Source: Eledone cirrhosa (taxonomy: Eukaryota). From it: DNA of 64,000 nt. Within the stretch, counting starts at the first letter, position 1. Each line of letters starts with the position of its first letter. Under the pieces are notes generated by a model, which worked only from the letters and a program-made list of their open reading frames with translations, searched no databases and was not told where the DNA came from. The stretch spans positions 114,638,001-114,702,000 of the forward strand of contig OZ024740.1 of the NCBI GenBank assembly GCA_964016885.1. Reading direction: 5' to 3'. This document shows, piece by piece, positions 26,847 through 39,742 of the stretch. A program made the position numbers and the translations under genes.

Positions 26847-28351
26847 CGTTTCTGAATTTGTTAGCAACCTGTGCCCTACAAGACCAGCAAGAGGCAGACC
26901 ACCTACCATTACCTCAATGGCCAAGAAAACCCACACAGATAGATGGAACGGGTGGACCAGAGCCATACGGACACCCGAAAACCACGATGAACTGAAGAAA
27001 ATGATTGCACATGCGGTAGGGGCCAGCATAAAATTAACCCTTAAGGAACATATGTTCAAATTTAATGGTAAAACATATGCCCAAGAGGAAGGAGCAGCCA
27101 TTGGTGTTAGCATTGCAGGCGACATAGCTAACTTATTCATGGTATGGTGGGACAGTAGACTTAAACAAAAACTTAATGAACAATTAGAAGACAGCTTAAC
27201 CCTGATAATGTACTCCCGCTACGTAGATGATATAAACATCGTAGTTAAGACACCCCCACTAAAGAACAGTCAGGAACTAGAGAAAAACACAATGGAAAGC
27301 ATCCAGCAAATAGCAAACTCCATCCACCAGAGCATTAGAGTTACTATAGACTACCCAAGTAGACACCCCAACCATCGATTACCTGTACTAGACACAGAGC
27401 TCTGGTTAGATACAATTAACAACCAAAAACAAATCCTCCATTCCCATTATGCCAAACCCATGACTTCCAAACATCTGATCCACCGAAACTCGGCCATTTC
27501 GGACCATACCAAAATCAACATACTGATTGCGGATTTGGTACGGGTGATGAGAAATGTGTCCCGCATGTGAAACCCCGAAGAACTAGAGAGACACATACAA
27601 CAATTCATCCACCGTATGCAGTTCTCTGGCTACAATCAGAGAGAGAGAGAATCAGAGTGTATAAAGGAGCCAGAACCAAATGGGAAAAAATGGTAAATAA
27701 TGACATAAATGGGACCTGCCCCTTGTATAGGAGCAAATTTTGGAATAGAATAGAAATAACTAAGAACAAGGCCAATAGAATAAACTCATGGTATGATAGC
27801 AATAAATACCAGAGTGTAATGTTCATCAATACAACCCCTAGAGGCGAACTAGCCTACAAATTTAGAAGGGCCCTAAAGAAACATAATCTCAATATTAAGA
27901 TAGTAGAAAGACCTGGTACCTCCGTAAAAACACTTATTAGCCAGACATACCCGTTCCAAAGACCCTCATGTATAGATAAGAAATGTATAACCTGTAAAAT
28001 AAGCCACCATATTAACTGTAAAACTAGAAATGTAGTATATAGCATAAGATGTACTGAAGGACAATGTAGAAACAAAAATATAGTGTACATAGGTGAGACA
28101 GCTCGTAGTATAGGGGAACGAATAAATGAACACTGGCGAGACCTCCAAGATAATAAAGAATCATCTGTGCTCTACCAACATACTAAGATAGAACACAGGG
28201 GTAAATTAGAGAGCATAGAAATAAAAATAGAATCCACACACAAGAAAGACGCAATGTTTAGGCAAATTACAGAGGCAGTAAGCATAAAATAATTAAAACC
28301 AAAATTAAATAGAAAATATGAGTGGAACAGCAACATCACAACTTACAATTA
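26845..28351 (+). pseudogene. Penelope RT-endonuclease ORF with in-frame TGA (27568), (GA)n frameshift (~27645) and TAA (28290)
   Basis: The frame continues past the TGA as NPEELERHIQQFIHRMQFSGYNQRER, then shifts to IRVYKGARTKW. It continues past the TAA as LKPKLNRKYEW. Confidence 0.85.
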
Positions 28352-28580
28352 AGGACAAAATGAAAACACACACACACATAGAACAAACAACCAACCAACA
28401 ATAAATAAATAAATAAACAAACAAATAGAAAAATATAAATAGAAAAATAGAAAAATGAACACAAACACACACAGACACCCGGATGTGGCGCATGCGCGAA
28501 CTGAGCACGCAACCCACACACAAACAAAATGGCGTAGGATAGAAGAAAGGAAAGGCACAGAAACGAAGAAAGAAATCCCC

Positions 28581-28625
28581 AGTCACTGAAGAGGTCACAG
28601 AGTGTGTGACGAAAGAACTATGACT
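28581..28625 (+). ncRNA. Minimal type I hammerhead ribozyme in Penelope 3' tail
   Basis: AGTCA-CTGAAGA-gGTCACAgagtgTGTGAC-GAAAG-aa-CTA^TGACT. Confidence 0.8.
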
Positions 28626-28775
28626 ATATATATATAAACAACTATCTGGTTGTGGAACCAACCAACCAACCAGAAATTTATAAATTTGTAAATTTATAAA
28701 TATATAATAAATTAAATTGAAGTGAAAGCAACCGGTGCGTGTGTTTCTTATTGGCAACATGACCCTCCCAAAGTA

Positions 28776-28819
<44 letters not shown>

Positions 28820-28853
28820 TATATATATCGATAGTTATATATATATATCGAAG

Positions 28854-28935
<82 letters not shown>

Positions 28936-29509
28936 ATAGTCGATCGACAAGATCCCTAACCTCATTCGCTGAACGAGTGAGTGTAATTCGTTAAATCGGA
29001 CCGTGGAAATAATGTTTCCATTTTTGTTTCCAATTCCTAATACTATCTGTCGGTCGCAACTCTTTGCCCCGTCTGGGAATTGAAATCACAATCTCACGAT
29101 TGTGAATCCAATTCTCTAACTACCTAGCCACGTGGGAAGTGCATAGAACTATAAACCTGTTTGCGTGAGCGAGTATTTATACTATTTATATCATATAACT
29201 TAATTCAGTAGTGCTAACAATCATATGCACTAAATTTATTTATATATCGATATTGGCCAAATTTCAGTATTGTGATACTAATGAATTAAACATTACGTCG
29301 ACATACTTGCTCTCTATCTCTCACACACACAAACACAAACACACACGAAAAAAAATCACTAAAAAAAGCGTACACATCAAAAATACGAAGTCACATATGG
29401 AGATTAAATTATTATTCTATAATAACTAGAATTCATAATATGAATACTAGCATGTTTGCTCTTAATTAGAGCAATCGTTTATCTTCTGACATCCATCTTA
29501 ATGAACTAA

Positions 29510-29542
<33 letters not shown>

Positions 29543-29955
29543 AGAAGAAGAAGAAGAAGAGGAAGAAACAATTTACTAAATGAATATTGAAAAGTTAGTT
29601 CAAACAATGTTATATAATTTGCATAAATAAATAAGAACAACAATTTCAATGTAGCTATGAACCGACATGAAACATATATATATATATATATATATATATA
29701 CGAAGTGTTACACCCCATAATCCCCACCCACCAAAACCAGAATTGTAATATCTAAAAAAGGAAAATAGAATTATCTATAAAAATTAATTGAATTAAATAA
29801 TTAATTATGAGGCTATTAAAACAAAATCAAAGTATGTTGAAATTTAATAGAATTCTACACACATTATAGTAAATCGGAATCACCAATTACATAATTAGTC
29901 ATAAATAACTACAATAGTACAACAATATGTAAATGTAAATATATATATATATATG

Positions 29956-29995
<40 letters not shown>

Positions 29996-30024
29996 TTATA
30001 TATATTTATATGGAAGGGGGTATA

Positions 30025-30185
30025 AGCACAAGGCCAGTAATTTGGGGGAGAGGAAAGTCGATTAAATCGGCCCAATACGTTACTGGTGCTTTATTTTATC
30101 GACCCCGTAAGGATGAAAGGAAAAGTTAACCACGGCAGGATTTTAACTCAGACCGTAAAAGGACGTAACTCTATGCTGCAAAGCA
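30025..30185 (-). mobile_element. Nin-like SINE copy
   Basis: gcacaaggccagtaatttggggg...ttttatcgaccccgtaaggatgaaagg is the SINE reverse complement. Confidence 0.75.
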
Positions 30186-31235
30186 TGGTGACAAGTGCCA
30201 TCTATAATGACGGCAATAACGTTGAAACATTTTATGTTCGGTACGTCTGTTTTTTTGTCCACTCACCCACCCACTCCCGCTCATTTCCGTTTTCCTTCAA
30301 CTCTCCTTCTTTACACCTGTTCTCGCTAAGATCAGACGTTTTTTTTCTTCGCTCTCTCTGGTGCTGTTAATATGGATTCAGGACTAACGCTCGGTCTCCT
30401 TTTTAATTTCTCCTCCTCTCCCATTGGTTACTGCTACTTACATGTACTACCGTAGCGTGTTTTCCCCTCTCTATCGGTATATTTTCCTTTTGTTTATTTT
30501 TTCTTTCTGTCGTTCTCTGTTGTTGTTTTTTTGTCTTTTGTTTTTGTCTTTTTTTGTTTCCTTCCGTAATACATATACCTCGTAGTTATTAACGCACGAT
30601 GGGGAGATGTACTGTTCTTAATGTATCGAAACATCAACGACCGACAGCAGAATTATAATGCAGTAGTTTAGTAATTACATATTTCGATGGTATCTGTTAT
30701 GTAATCCTCCCATACGATCTCTTCAAATAATTCTCACTTTCTTCAAAATTAACGACGTAAGTTCTCGTGTCAATTACCAGCTAGCGGGCTTAAGCTGTTA
30801 TTTCATCAATGCTCACCTGACACATGGGCATTTAACTATATTTAGACTGGCATTGTCATCCCTAGGCTCCTAGAGTATGAAGCAATCGGTTACATAGTTG
30901 AAATATATTTGTTCTGAATCTATCATTTAGCGTAGATTTGGGATCACCTGGCATTTTGTATAAAGATATAGTCATACCAACCAAATTGTAATTGTACATT
31001 TCTACAGGACGACGTATTTTCTAAAAAAAATTACATTGAAAGGCATTATATTCCGGAAAGTTTAACAAACATAACAGCAATAACTCAGCAAATAGCAGAC
31101 GGTGATATGCTGTACCTAGATCTACTAAATATATAACATATCGCATGATAAAATAGCCTCGGGTCACCTGTGTATAGTGGAATATATCTCATGTAACAGA
31201 ATACATATATTTATACCCATACACACACACAGAGG

Positions 31236-31333
<98 letters not shown>

Positions 31334-31707
31334 TATTCGCGGATAGATGAATACACACACATTCACGCACATGTAAAACGTGAGGGAAAGAAAGAGGGAT
31401 GTGAATAATTGAAAAGAAGAGAAGTAGAAATAGAAATATGAGTTTGATTCATTGTTGAGATAGATATTTTGATAGATAGATAGATAGATATATTTCTTTA
31501 TTTACCATAAAGGCATAAAAAGAAGGGACAAATACAAAGGGGGAGTTTACATACAATCGAGTAAAAAGGGTATAAAATGAAAATATTCGAAAATAACCTC
31601 AAAAGGGAGGGGACTTGATGGGGGTTGCACACACCCCCGAAAAAGTGTGCAATCCTTTGCCCGGGGAGCACATGGAGAAGGTGCTCCCCTCTCCTTTACT
31701 TCTTTAC

Positions 31708-34700
31708 CTACAGTATGGTATACAGAGAAGGCCCATTTACACGAGCCATTCTCGCCACTATCACCCACCTTTCATAAAACTGCCTGTGGCCAAGCACCTC
31801 TCTCTCCATTCTTATCCTTCTTCCGAAGTGATATCGGAGGAAGTAGACCAGACTATGGCCAGAGAGGAAGTTGCCTGACCTCAGACCTTTCAATCGTGTC
31901 CACCAATCAACCTCTTTCAGCATGGCTATTACGCACAGAAAAACCGCCTTTGCTTCCTTTGTGAAGAGGGGAGGCGGTCTGATTGTCATCACGGACTCGG
32001 CGGTCAATTGAATCGGCGCCACCCGCGACAGCAGTCGTTCGGCGTAGCCTCACAGATCAGCCACGCCCGGACATTGCACCAATGCATGCGCAACGGTTTC
32101 TTCGTGACGCACGCATCTAGGGCAAATCTTTTTTGAGGGATCCCTGCCCGGGCGCCCGTGTCTGTAGAGCCTCTCTCGAACGGGTAGAGCCCCCCGGTAG
32201 CACTGCCAGGCTAGTGACTTCTGGAAGTTGTCCATTGGTCCTGGGCCGAAAGTCCTACCGAACAGGCTGGCCAGTTCGTCCTCTTCCATGTCCAGCGACT
32301 CTCCAAGGGTGTCATCGCCCCTGCTAGCCACCAGCCCTCTATAGAATGATGAGGTCGATTCTCCACCGACGGCCTGGCCCGCTTGCCAGAGAGCCCTGAG
32401 CGCCTGAGCACACTCAGTGTGTCAGTCTCCCAGTTTTCCGGATCTTTGCTTGACCCAGGACTGCAGCTCGGTGAGCGAGACGAGTCTCGGAAAGGCTCGT
32501 TTCACGAAGGGAGCCCACACCGGTTGACCAGTGAGGAATACCTGTAGGTGCCGTAGCCTTAATGCGTGCCTACGCATCATCAACCACAGCATCCCCAGCC
32601 CTCCTTTCGAAGGTTGTTGGCAGCAGATGGATCTTCTCACCATAGGAGGGCGCTTCTTCCAAAGAAATTGGAAGAGCATGCGTTCCATGGTGGTGAGTGT
32701 TTCCTTAGGGCAAGGCACGACAGTCAGGCGGTAGTAAGTGACGGACGCTATGTAAATGTTCGCCACCTCCGCCCGCCCTTTTAGGGACAGCTTACACTTG
32801 GCCCATTTCTGGGTGAGTGCAAACACCTTGTTCGTAACCTCGTTCCAGTTCTTTTCCACCTGGAGGTCCGGTCCAAACCAGACCCCAAGCAACTTTACCG
32901 GGCCCTCCGTCCAGTGTCCGACGACACCGTCGGGAGGCATCGGTCTGCCTCTCCACGTTCGAGTTACAGCCAGATGGATTTTTCCCGGTTCAGTTTCGCT
33001 CCTGACAACCTTTCGTAATCCTCCAGTAAGGTACCGATCGCCTCGATCTCCGAGTCGGTCGATACCATTACTGTTACGTCATGGGCGTAGGCCGACACCG
33101 CTTTGCTCAATCCTGGTTCCAGGGGGATACCCTGCAACAACTCCAACTTCCTCAGTAAAGGCTCGAGAGTCAATACGTACAGAAGGGAGGAGAGAGGGCA
33201 CCCCCGTCGAATGGATCGTGTGATTTCGAACGGCTTCGAAAGGTAGCCGTTCACCTTCATCCTAGAACAGATGTGGTTGCTATGTAAGGCAGTGATCCAG
33301 CCTCTGAAAACAGGACCGAACCCAGCCGCCGCTAGCACCGCATCCAGGTAACCATGGTCGACCCTATCGAAGGCCTTAGACTGATCCAAGTTGATCAGGG
33401 CCCCACCGAAGCCGGGTTTGTTGCCAACCCTCTCTATGATGTATCGCATGAGGTGGAGGTTATCGTGAATGGACCTGGATGGGATAGCACATGTCTGCGC
33501 ATCTCCCACCAGGCCACCCACGACAAGCGCCAACCTCTTTGCTAACACCTTGGCCAAAATCTTTAACTCTGTGTTTAGCAGGGTTATGGGCCGAAAATTA
33601 TTTATACTATCTCCCTTGTTCTCGTCCTTCCTCACCAGCGTGACTACGCCCTTGGCTACAGAACAAGGAATTCTCCCGTTCTGCTGCCAATTGCAGTAGA
33701 CCGCTTCGAGGAGTTCGGAGAAGAAGACCGGCATTGCTAAATAAAGTTCGTAAGGTATACCATCGAGACCTGGAGATTTGCGTCTGCTGCATTGGCTCAG
33801 CGCATCTCCGATCTCATCAGCCGATATTGGTCCCTCGCAGGACTCTGCCTCTTCGCTCGAGAGACGCGGCAGGCTGTCGAGGTATGGACCGAAATCCACG
33901 CCCCCGCCCGGACCCTCGCCTCCCCCGAACAATCGGGCAAAGTGCCTTTGAAAGGCCTCGCACATCTGCTTAGGCTCCCGGATCACCCGTGAATCTTCGT
34001 CTTGCAACGACCGGATGGTGGATTGATTTCCACTCTTAGCTGCTGTCACGCGGGCCCAGCCAACGGCTTTGGCCCCCTCATTACCTAGAGCACGTATTTT
34101 ACTTCGAATGACGCAGCCTTCGTGCTTTGCATCGACCAAATGGTTCAAGGCCGTCCTCGATGCCAGCACTCTGGCCACATCTTCGCTCTTGATTGCCTCT
34201 TCTAATTTACCTGTTAATTCTTTCTCGTTTCTATTCCTATCGGCAGCTAACATCTTGCTATAACTTATTGATTCTGTTCTAATCTCTCTTTTGAGAGATG
34301 CCCACCATCGGTTGTTGACGATTGCACCCGTCAACCTCTCCTTAACTAATCTGCTAATCCGGTTTCTGTAAGTCTCATTTGCCGGTAAAGACAAATTAAG
34401 TTTCCAGTAACCGGGACCCTGTTTATGTGTTTTCTCGAGATTGACTACGCAGGTCACTAATTTGTGATCCGTGTAGCCAACCGTGCGCATTTCTGGACAG
34501 CTTAATATGTCCCTATCCTTACTTCTAACTAAGAATCTATCTAAGTACGATCTAGATTGACCACTGTGGTTTCTCCAAGTCCAGGTAGGCACAGTTGGAA
34601 AATCTAGTCGATATCTATCGACCAAGTTAAAACGGTCGAGTAACCCCTTGAGGCTGTTACACCCCCCTCTATTAGGACATGCTCCTGCATAGTCCCAACG

Positions 34701-35144
34701 TGCATCTAGGATGTCATTCCAATCCCCCGCTAGAAGCAGAGAACGCGACGTTCCCAGAAAAGTCTCCAAACGCTGGAAGAAGTCGGGCCGTTCAGCTCCG
34801 AAAGGGGAGTAGACGGCGACCAGTCTCAAGGCCGCACCTTCACTACTGCCAACGTCTAGCACCAACAAACGACCCTCCGGGTCCGAGTGCACAACCTGTA
34901 CGGCAAGACCCAGGTGTTTTTGCAGCAGTACGACAACCCCACCCCCACCTCCAGGTTGACAGAGAGATGCATGCACCTCAAAGTCATCGAAGGTAGGGGC
35001 CAGCTGCCGCACGACGCTGATTCGAGTCTCACAGATAACCATTACATTTATACCTCATGAACTGAGGTCATTTAGAAGCTTTGCTTGCTTCCAAGTTGAG
35101 CCCAGGCCACGTGCATTCAAACATCCTACTCTTAACACGTCCAT
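31708..35144 (-). pseudogene. Tx1 ORF2 (APE endonuclease + RT + C-terminal cysteine motif), lightly disrupted
   Basis: MDVLRVGCLNARGL, GDWN, SYLDRF and TDH (APE); FRPITLLN, DQSKAFDRV, GCPLS and AYAHD (RT); CPRC..EETVAHALVQC. One early stop and several frameshifts. Confidence 0.9.
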
Positions 35145-35177
35145 GTGGGCGGCAGAGCCAAAGGAGAGTGTAGAGAC

Positions 35178-36911
35178 CTACCTTTCCGCTTCCCGGGGTT
35201 GGGCTCGCACGACTTCCATGGTGTCGGGGGTGTTGGGTGAAGGGGTGTCTTGTGGTGGTGTGGGGTCGTCAGTGTGTGGTGGGGTTGGGGTGTTTGGAGT
35301 TGGGGAGGGGAGGGGAAGGGGAGGGGGAAAGTTTTTTAGTAGGACGCGGTTTATGGGTTTGACAGAGGGTGATCCTACGTCCTCCTTAAAATCCTTTTTT
35401 TGTTTTTGGTAGAGGTTCATTGGGATCTTTATTAATTTTAAATGTGGGTAGTTTTCTGAAGAAACAAAGTTTACACCTTCGGTTTGTACCGAAGGATTAT
35501 TGTATATGAGTTCATTTAATTTATTATTGTTTCTGTTGATGTAAGTATAGTGTAATGTCTTTTTTTCGGATGGTGTGAGTGTTTCGAAGAGGGGAGGGAC
35601 AGGTTTGGTTTTGTTTGTTGCTGGAGGGGTGTTTTCTGTTTTGTTGGATTGTGTTGAGATTTGGGTGGGGGTTGTTTGGCCTTGTGTGTTTTGCACATGT
35701 TTTCTTTTTTTCCTTTTAATCTGTCTGAAGGACTCCGTTTCATCCTCCAAATTCGTTGGGTTATCTTCAGTGTTGGAGGGAAGAGGTATGTTTGCTGGTA
35801 ATGTTTCCGTGTTGGTTTTCTTTGTGGGGGAGATGGATGTCACTATGTTAGACTGTGTTGTGTGTTGTGTCTGCGGTGGTTGTGTTGTTTTATTGAGTGA
35901 GGGGTTGGGTGGGCCTGTATTTTGTTTTGGGGTAATGTGTTGTGACTGTTTGTGTTGTGGTGGTGGTGTAGTTTTACTGAGGGACGGGTTGGGTGGGACT
36001 GAGTTTTGTTGTTTGTTTATCTGTTGTGGTGGTGGTGGTGGAGCTGGTGTTGGTAGCAGGGTTTTCTTTTTGTTGAGTTGGGGACAAGCGGCCTTCAGGT
36101 GCCCTCTGCCTGCACAGATATGACAGGACGGCCTTCTCCCCTCCACGCTAATGTTTATATACCCGTGGCCCGCTAATAGGATTCTGTCGGGTATTTGGGC
36201 GATGCGTTCAGGCTTCATTTGCACTACCAGCTCTATACCTGTTCCACTGAACGCATTGCCTGTGGTTTTCCCAATGGAAATCACGTTGTCATTCACTGGA
36301 TCGATGAAGCCAGCTATGAGCCAGCAGTAGTCCACATCTGGCATCATTGCATCCAGCCATATGCGTTGAGTTCTTTTACCCATATAAGATGGATAAAAGG
36401 TAAAATTTTTCGAACGAATCGGTGACAGAGCACATTTTTTTGCCGCCGATTCGTTCTTCATAATAATTGCTAGGCTTCCATACAGTCTGTCTTTTCTTAT
36501 GAAAGTGGTTTCATTAAGTACTTCTGTGAGTACTGTTTTGATATCTGCCTGAGTTGGCTGTTGAGGTTTTTTTGAAGTGTTGTTGATGGTGCGGAACACG
36601 ACCGTTCGACTTTCAATGTCTTTGGTAAGTTCTTGAGGCATTTTTACCGATAAAATACCATTCTCTCCTTCAATTATGTATTGTTTGGCGTCTGTGATTC
36701 TTCGTGCCACATCTGAAATATTTTCAGGTATATATGTCAAAGATTTCTTTGTTGTTTGTGCAAATGAAATCTTGTTGACTCTGTCGTCTGCTTTGCTTTC
36801 TGTTATGGTGTTATTTTCAAATGTTATTTTTGTGTTTGCTGTGTCTTTGTTTGTGGTATTAGTATTGTCATGCAATTTTTCAAATTTTTTTTTTTCGTTG
36901 TTGGAATCCAT
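35178..36911 (-). CDS. Tx1 ORF1 gag-like protein (577 aa) with CX2CX4HX4C zinc knuckle and Pro/Thr/Gln-rich tail
   Basis: Open frame containing CHICAGRGHLKAAC, located immediately upstream of ORF2. Confidence 0.85.
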   Translation of the reverse strand: MDSNNEKKKFEKLHDNTNTTNKDTANTKITFENNTITESKADDRVNKISFAQTTKKSLTYIPENISDVARRITDAKQYIIEGENGILSVKMPQELTKDIESRTVVFRTINNTSKKPQQPTQADIKTVLTEVLNETTFIRKDRLYGSLAIIMKNESAAKKCALSPIRSKNFTFYPSYMGKRTQRIWLDAMMPDVDYCWLIAGFIDPVNDNVISIGKTTGNAFSGTGIELVVQMKPERIAQIPDRILLAGHGYINISVEGRRPSCHICAGRGHLKAACPQLNKKKTLLPTPAPPPPPQQINKQQNSVPPNPSLSKTTPPPQHKQSQHITPKQNTGPPNPSLNKTTQPPQTQHTTQSNIVTSISPTKKTNTETLPANIPLPSNTEDNPTNLEDETESFRQIKRKKRKHVQNTQGQTTPTQISTQSNKTENTPPATNKTKPVPPLFETLTPSEKKTLHYTYINRNNNKLNELIYNNPSVQTEGVNFVSSENYPHLKLIKIPMNLYQKQKKDFKEDVGSPSVKPINRVLLKNFPPPLPLPSPTPNTPTPPHTDDPTPPQDTPSPNTPDTMEVVRAQPREAER

Positions 36912-37319
36912 GTCCAGATTTGTGTTTTCGTCATTTTTCTCCGCAGATTCGTCTGTTTTTATTTTATTTTTTTCCTTCCTTCTCTATGACGTTAGGTGGG
37001 AAGGAAGGGGGGGACTAAAGCGTGCGAGCTTACAACTCTTACCGCTGTCCCCCCACCACTATTTTCGTTCGCTTCGTTTAACATTTCTGTCAGACGATTG
37101 AAATTTTTTGCCACAAAATTTTTAAAACAGGTTTTTCACCTCTAGGAGGGGTAAAGATGAGCTGACCCACCGCCTGACAGTTCAGACGGGGCTCAAGCTA
37201 CACAATAGTATCAAAATTAAATTTGAAATAAATTTCCGCAATAAATTTGAACAAAACTTCTGCGCGAAGTGAATTACATCCACACTGTAGAACCTGTAGA
37301 TAGATAGATTGATAGATAT

Positions 37320-37402
<83 letters not shown>

Positions 37403-37439
37403 CATAGATAGGAAGGCAGATTTACAGTCATTATTATAG

Positions 37440-38199
37440 CGGCAGTATCGGTAGAGGGTCGACGCCATGCTTTGACGCATAGAGTTACGGACCTTGCCAT
37501 TCTGAGTTCAAATCCTGCCGAGGTTAACTTTGCCTTTCATCCTTATGGGGTCGATAAAATAAAGTACCAGTAATGTACTGAAAAATTGGTGGCCTTGTGC
37601 CAAAAAGTAGAAACAATTATTATAGCGGTAGATTGGCAGTGTTGGTAGAGGGTCGGACGCCATGCTTTGACGTATAGAGTTACGGCCCTTGCCATTCTGA
37701 GTTCAAATCCCGCCGAGGGTAACTTTGCCTTTCATCCTTATGGGGTCGATAAAATAAAGTACCAGTAATACACTAGGTAATTGCTGGCCTTGTGCCAAAC
37801 GTGGAAACAATTATTATAGCGGTAGAGGGTCGGCGCCATGCTTTGCAGTATAGAGGTTCGGCCCTTTATGATCTGAGTTCAAATCCAGCTGAGGTTGACT
37901 TTGCCTTACATCCTTACGAGGTCGATAAAATAAAGTACCAGTCGCGCAGTGGACTTTTCCCTCCCCCAAATTTACTGGCCTTGTGCCTATAGAAGAAACA
38001 ATTATTATAGAATGGAACGGTGGTGTGGCAGTATCGGTAGAGCATCAGACCCCATGCTTTGCAGCATGGTTATGGCCCTTTACGTTCTGTGTTCAAATCT
38101 CGCCGATGTTTACTTTGCCTTTTATAATTACGGGATCGATAAAATAGAGCACCAGTAATACACTGGGGTAATTGCTGGCCTTGTGCCAAAAGTAGAACC
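37440..38199 (+). mobile_element. Head-to-tail array of four Nin-like SINE copies
   Basis: Units of ~190 bp, with ATTATTATAG at 37430, 37616, 37810, 38001 and 38200. Confidence 0.85.
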
Positions 38200-38421
38200 A
38201 TTATTATAGTATGAAACTTTTAGGAACACAATAATAGTTTAGTTATCAGAATTGTCTAGCTATGAATACTAATAACAGCCAGATTAGTCATTTCATGACA
38301 CACAGATTTACAAGCAAATACAGATTTATACTCATACGCAATGTGAGTGTAGGTATGCATGTGTGTGTGTATAAGTATACGTGTATATGTGTATCAATGA
38401 ACACATCAATCTCTTTCTTCA

Positions 38422-38464
<43 letters not shown>

Positions 38465-38507
38465 GCACACACGCACGCACACACACACACACACGCACAC
38501 ATACACA

Positions 38508-38656
<149 letters not shown>

Positions 38657-39111
38657 AGGAGAGGAGATTAAAACACACAGTGGCAAACACATACACAGAG
38701 AAAAGTTTCATATGTGATGTATATTATACAGACGATAGCGGTAGCACAGGAATCATACGTACGGACCACTTTGAATAAACGAAGTATTATTCAGTATGGT
38801 ATAGCTTGTTTGTTCTTACGGTCTTTACTTCCGGTTCTTTTGTTCTTCTATTCAAACAATGCCGGCTCTTAGTTCTTTGATGAGTGCTATTATAGCGACA
38901 GTCATTGAATCGTTGATACGTCGAGAGTCCTTGAAGGTGGGGGGTCGAAAGGTTGGGGGGGTGAATGATATTACCAAATACACGAATATTATCATAGAAC
39001 GAAATGGAGCTGGTATATTTGGAGAACCACTTTGCATACAGATAAAATAGCGTGTGATTGCAGAGATATCAAATATGGTCTCTCTTTCTCACATACGCGT
39101 ACATATCAATA

Positions 39112-39231
39112 TGATGATTTCCTTCGAATGAAACATTTCTCGTCCTGTAGAAGCCATTTCTTTATTAAATATTTATACTCTGCTATTGAGTACCTTACTT
39201 TCTGTGGTTACCCCCGATTGAACCCGGGATA

Positions 39232-39232
<1 letters not shown>
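39112..39232 (+). mobile_element. HHR-bearing tail fragment starting inside the ribozyme core (family of 17-146)
   Basis: tgatgatttccttcgaatgaaac...gtcctgtagaagccatttc...ttgagtaccttact aligns to the reverse complement of 17-137. Confidence 0.7.
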
Positions 39233-39324
<92 letters not shown>

Positions 39325-39633
39325 GTATATATATATATACAATAATAATACAAGGACGAATGGTTAAGCTTTGATTAGGTTGGTGACGCGTGTTTCGCTA
39401 TTGATCACCGCAAGGCTCAATCTATATCGGTCTGGCCCGACTTTGGAATCAAAAGCTCGTAGGACCTCTGTTGTAGCGAAATGCGCGTCACCAACCAATA
39501 AACGTAATGAAGGCTTAAACAGTCATTCTTGTATTATTAAATTCCACTCTATCTAGCACCTCGATACTAACGTCAACCTAAACATCGAGTGCTCATCTGA
39601 GTGAACCTACAGTAACTCCACATTACACTCCCT

Positions 39634-39695
<62 letters not shown>

Positions 39696-39696
39696 C

Positions 39697-39736
<40 letters not shown>

Positions 39737-39742
<6 letters not shown>

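Larger units (their letters stand above)
26845..28780 (+). mobile_element. Penelope-like element (5'-truncated; RT + GIY-YIG; Naiad-like RT signature) with 3' hammerhead
   Basis: QEEGAAIGVSIAGDIANLFMVWWD, YSRYVDD and LPVLD (RT); CIDKKCITC; NVVYSIRC..C...YIGETARSIGERINEH (GIY-YIG). HHR at 28581-28625. (TA)n on both sides. Confidence 0.9.
31491..37297 (-). mobile_element. Near-full-length Tx1-clade (L1 group) LINE flanked by (GATA)n on both sides
   Basis: Has ORF1 with CCHC knuckle, ORF2 APE-RT and a 3' AATAAA. (GATA)n at 31471-31490 and 37298-37410. Confidence 0.92.

Noticed and set aside
28620-28680. Possible SECIS (ATGA-N12-AAA-mini-stem)
   Set aside because: The 3' strand cannot pair to form helix II or the GA quartet, and the motif is not conserved in the 24.9 kb copy.
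31547-37101. Antisense ORFs over the Tx1 element (e.g. 35575-36123, 32756-33223)
   Set aside because: Shadow frames of the ORF1/ORF2 coding strand with no independent motifs.
37430-38209. CRISPR-like repeat/spacer appearance
   Set aside because: The 'spacers' are homologous SINE copies, the repeat is only 10 bp, the context is eukaryotic, and there are no cas genes.
38690-39100. Possible Penelope C-terminal remnant on the minus strand (..ALIKELR..)
   Set aside because: Too decayed to support without a profile search.
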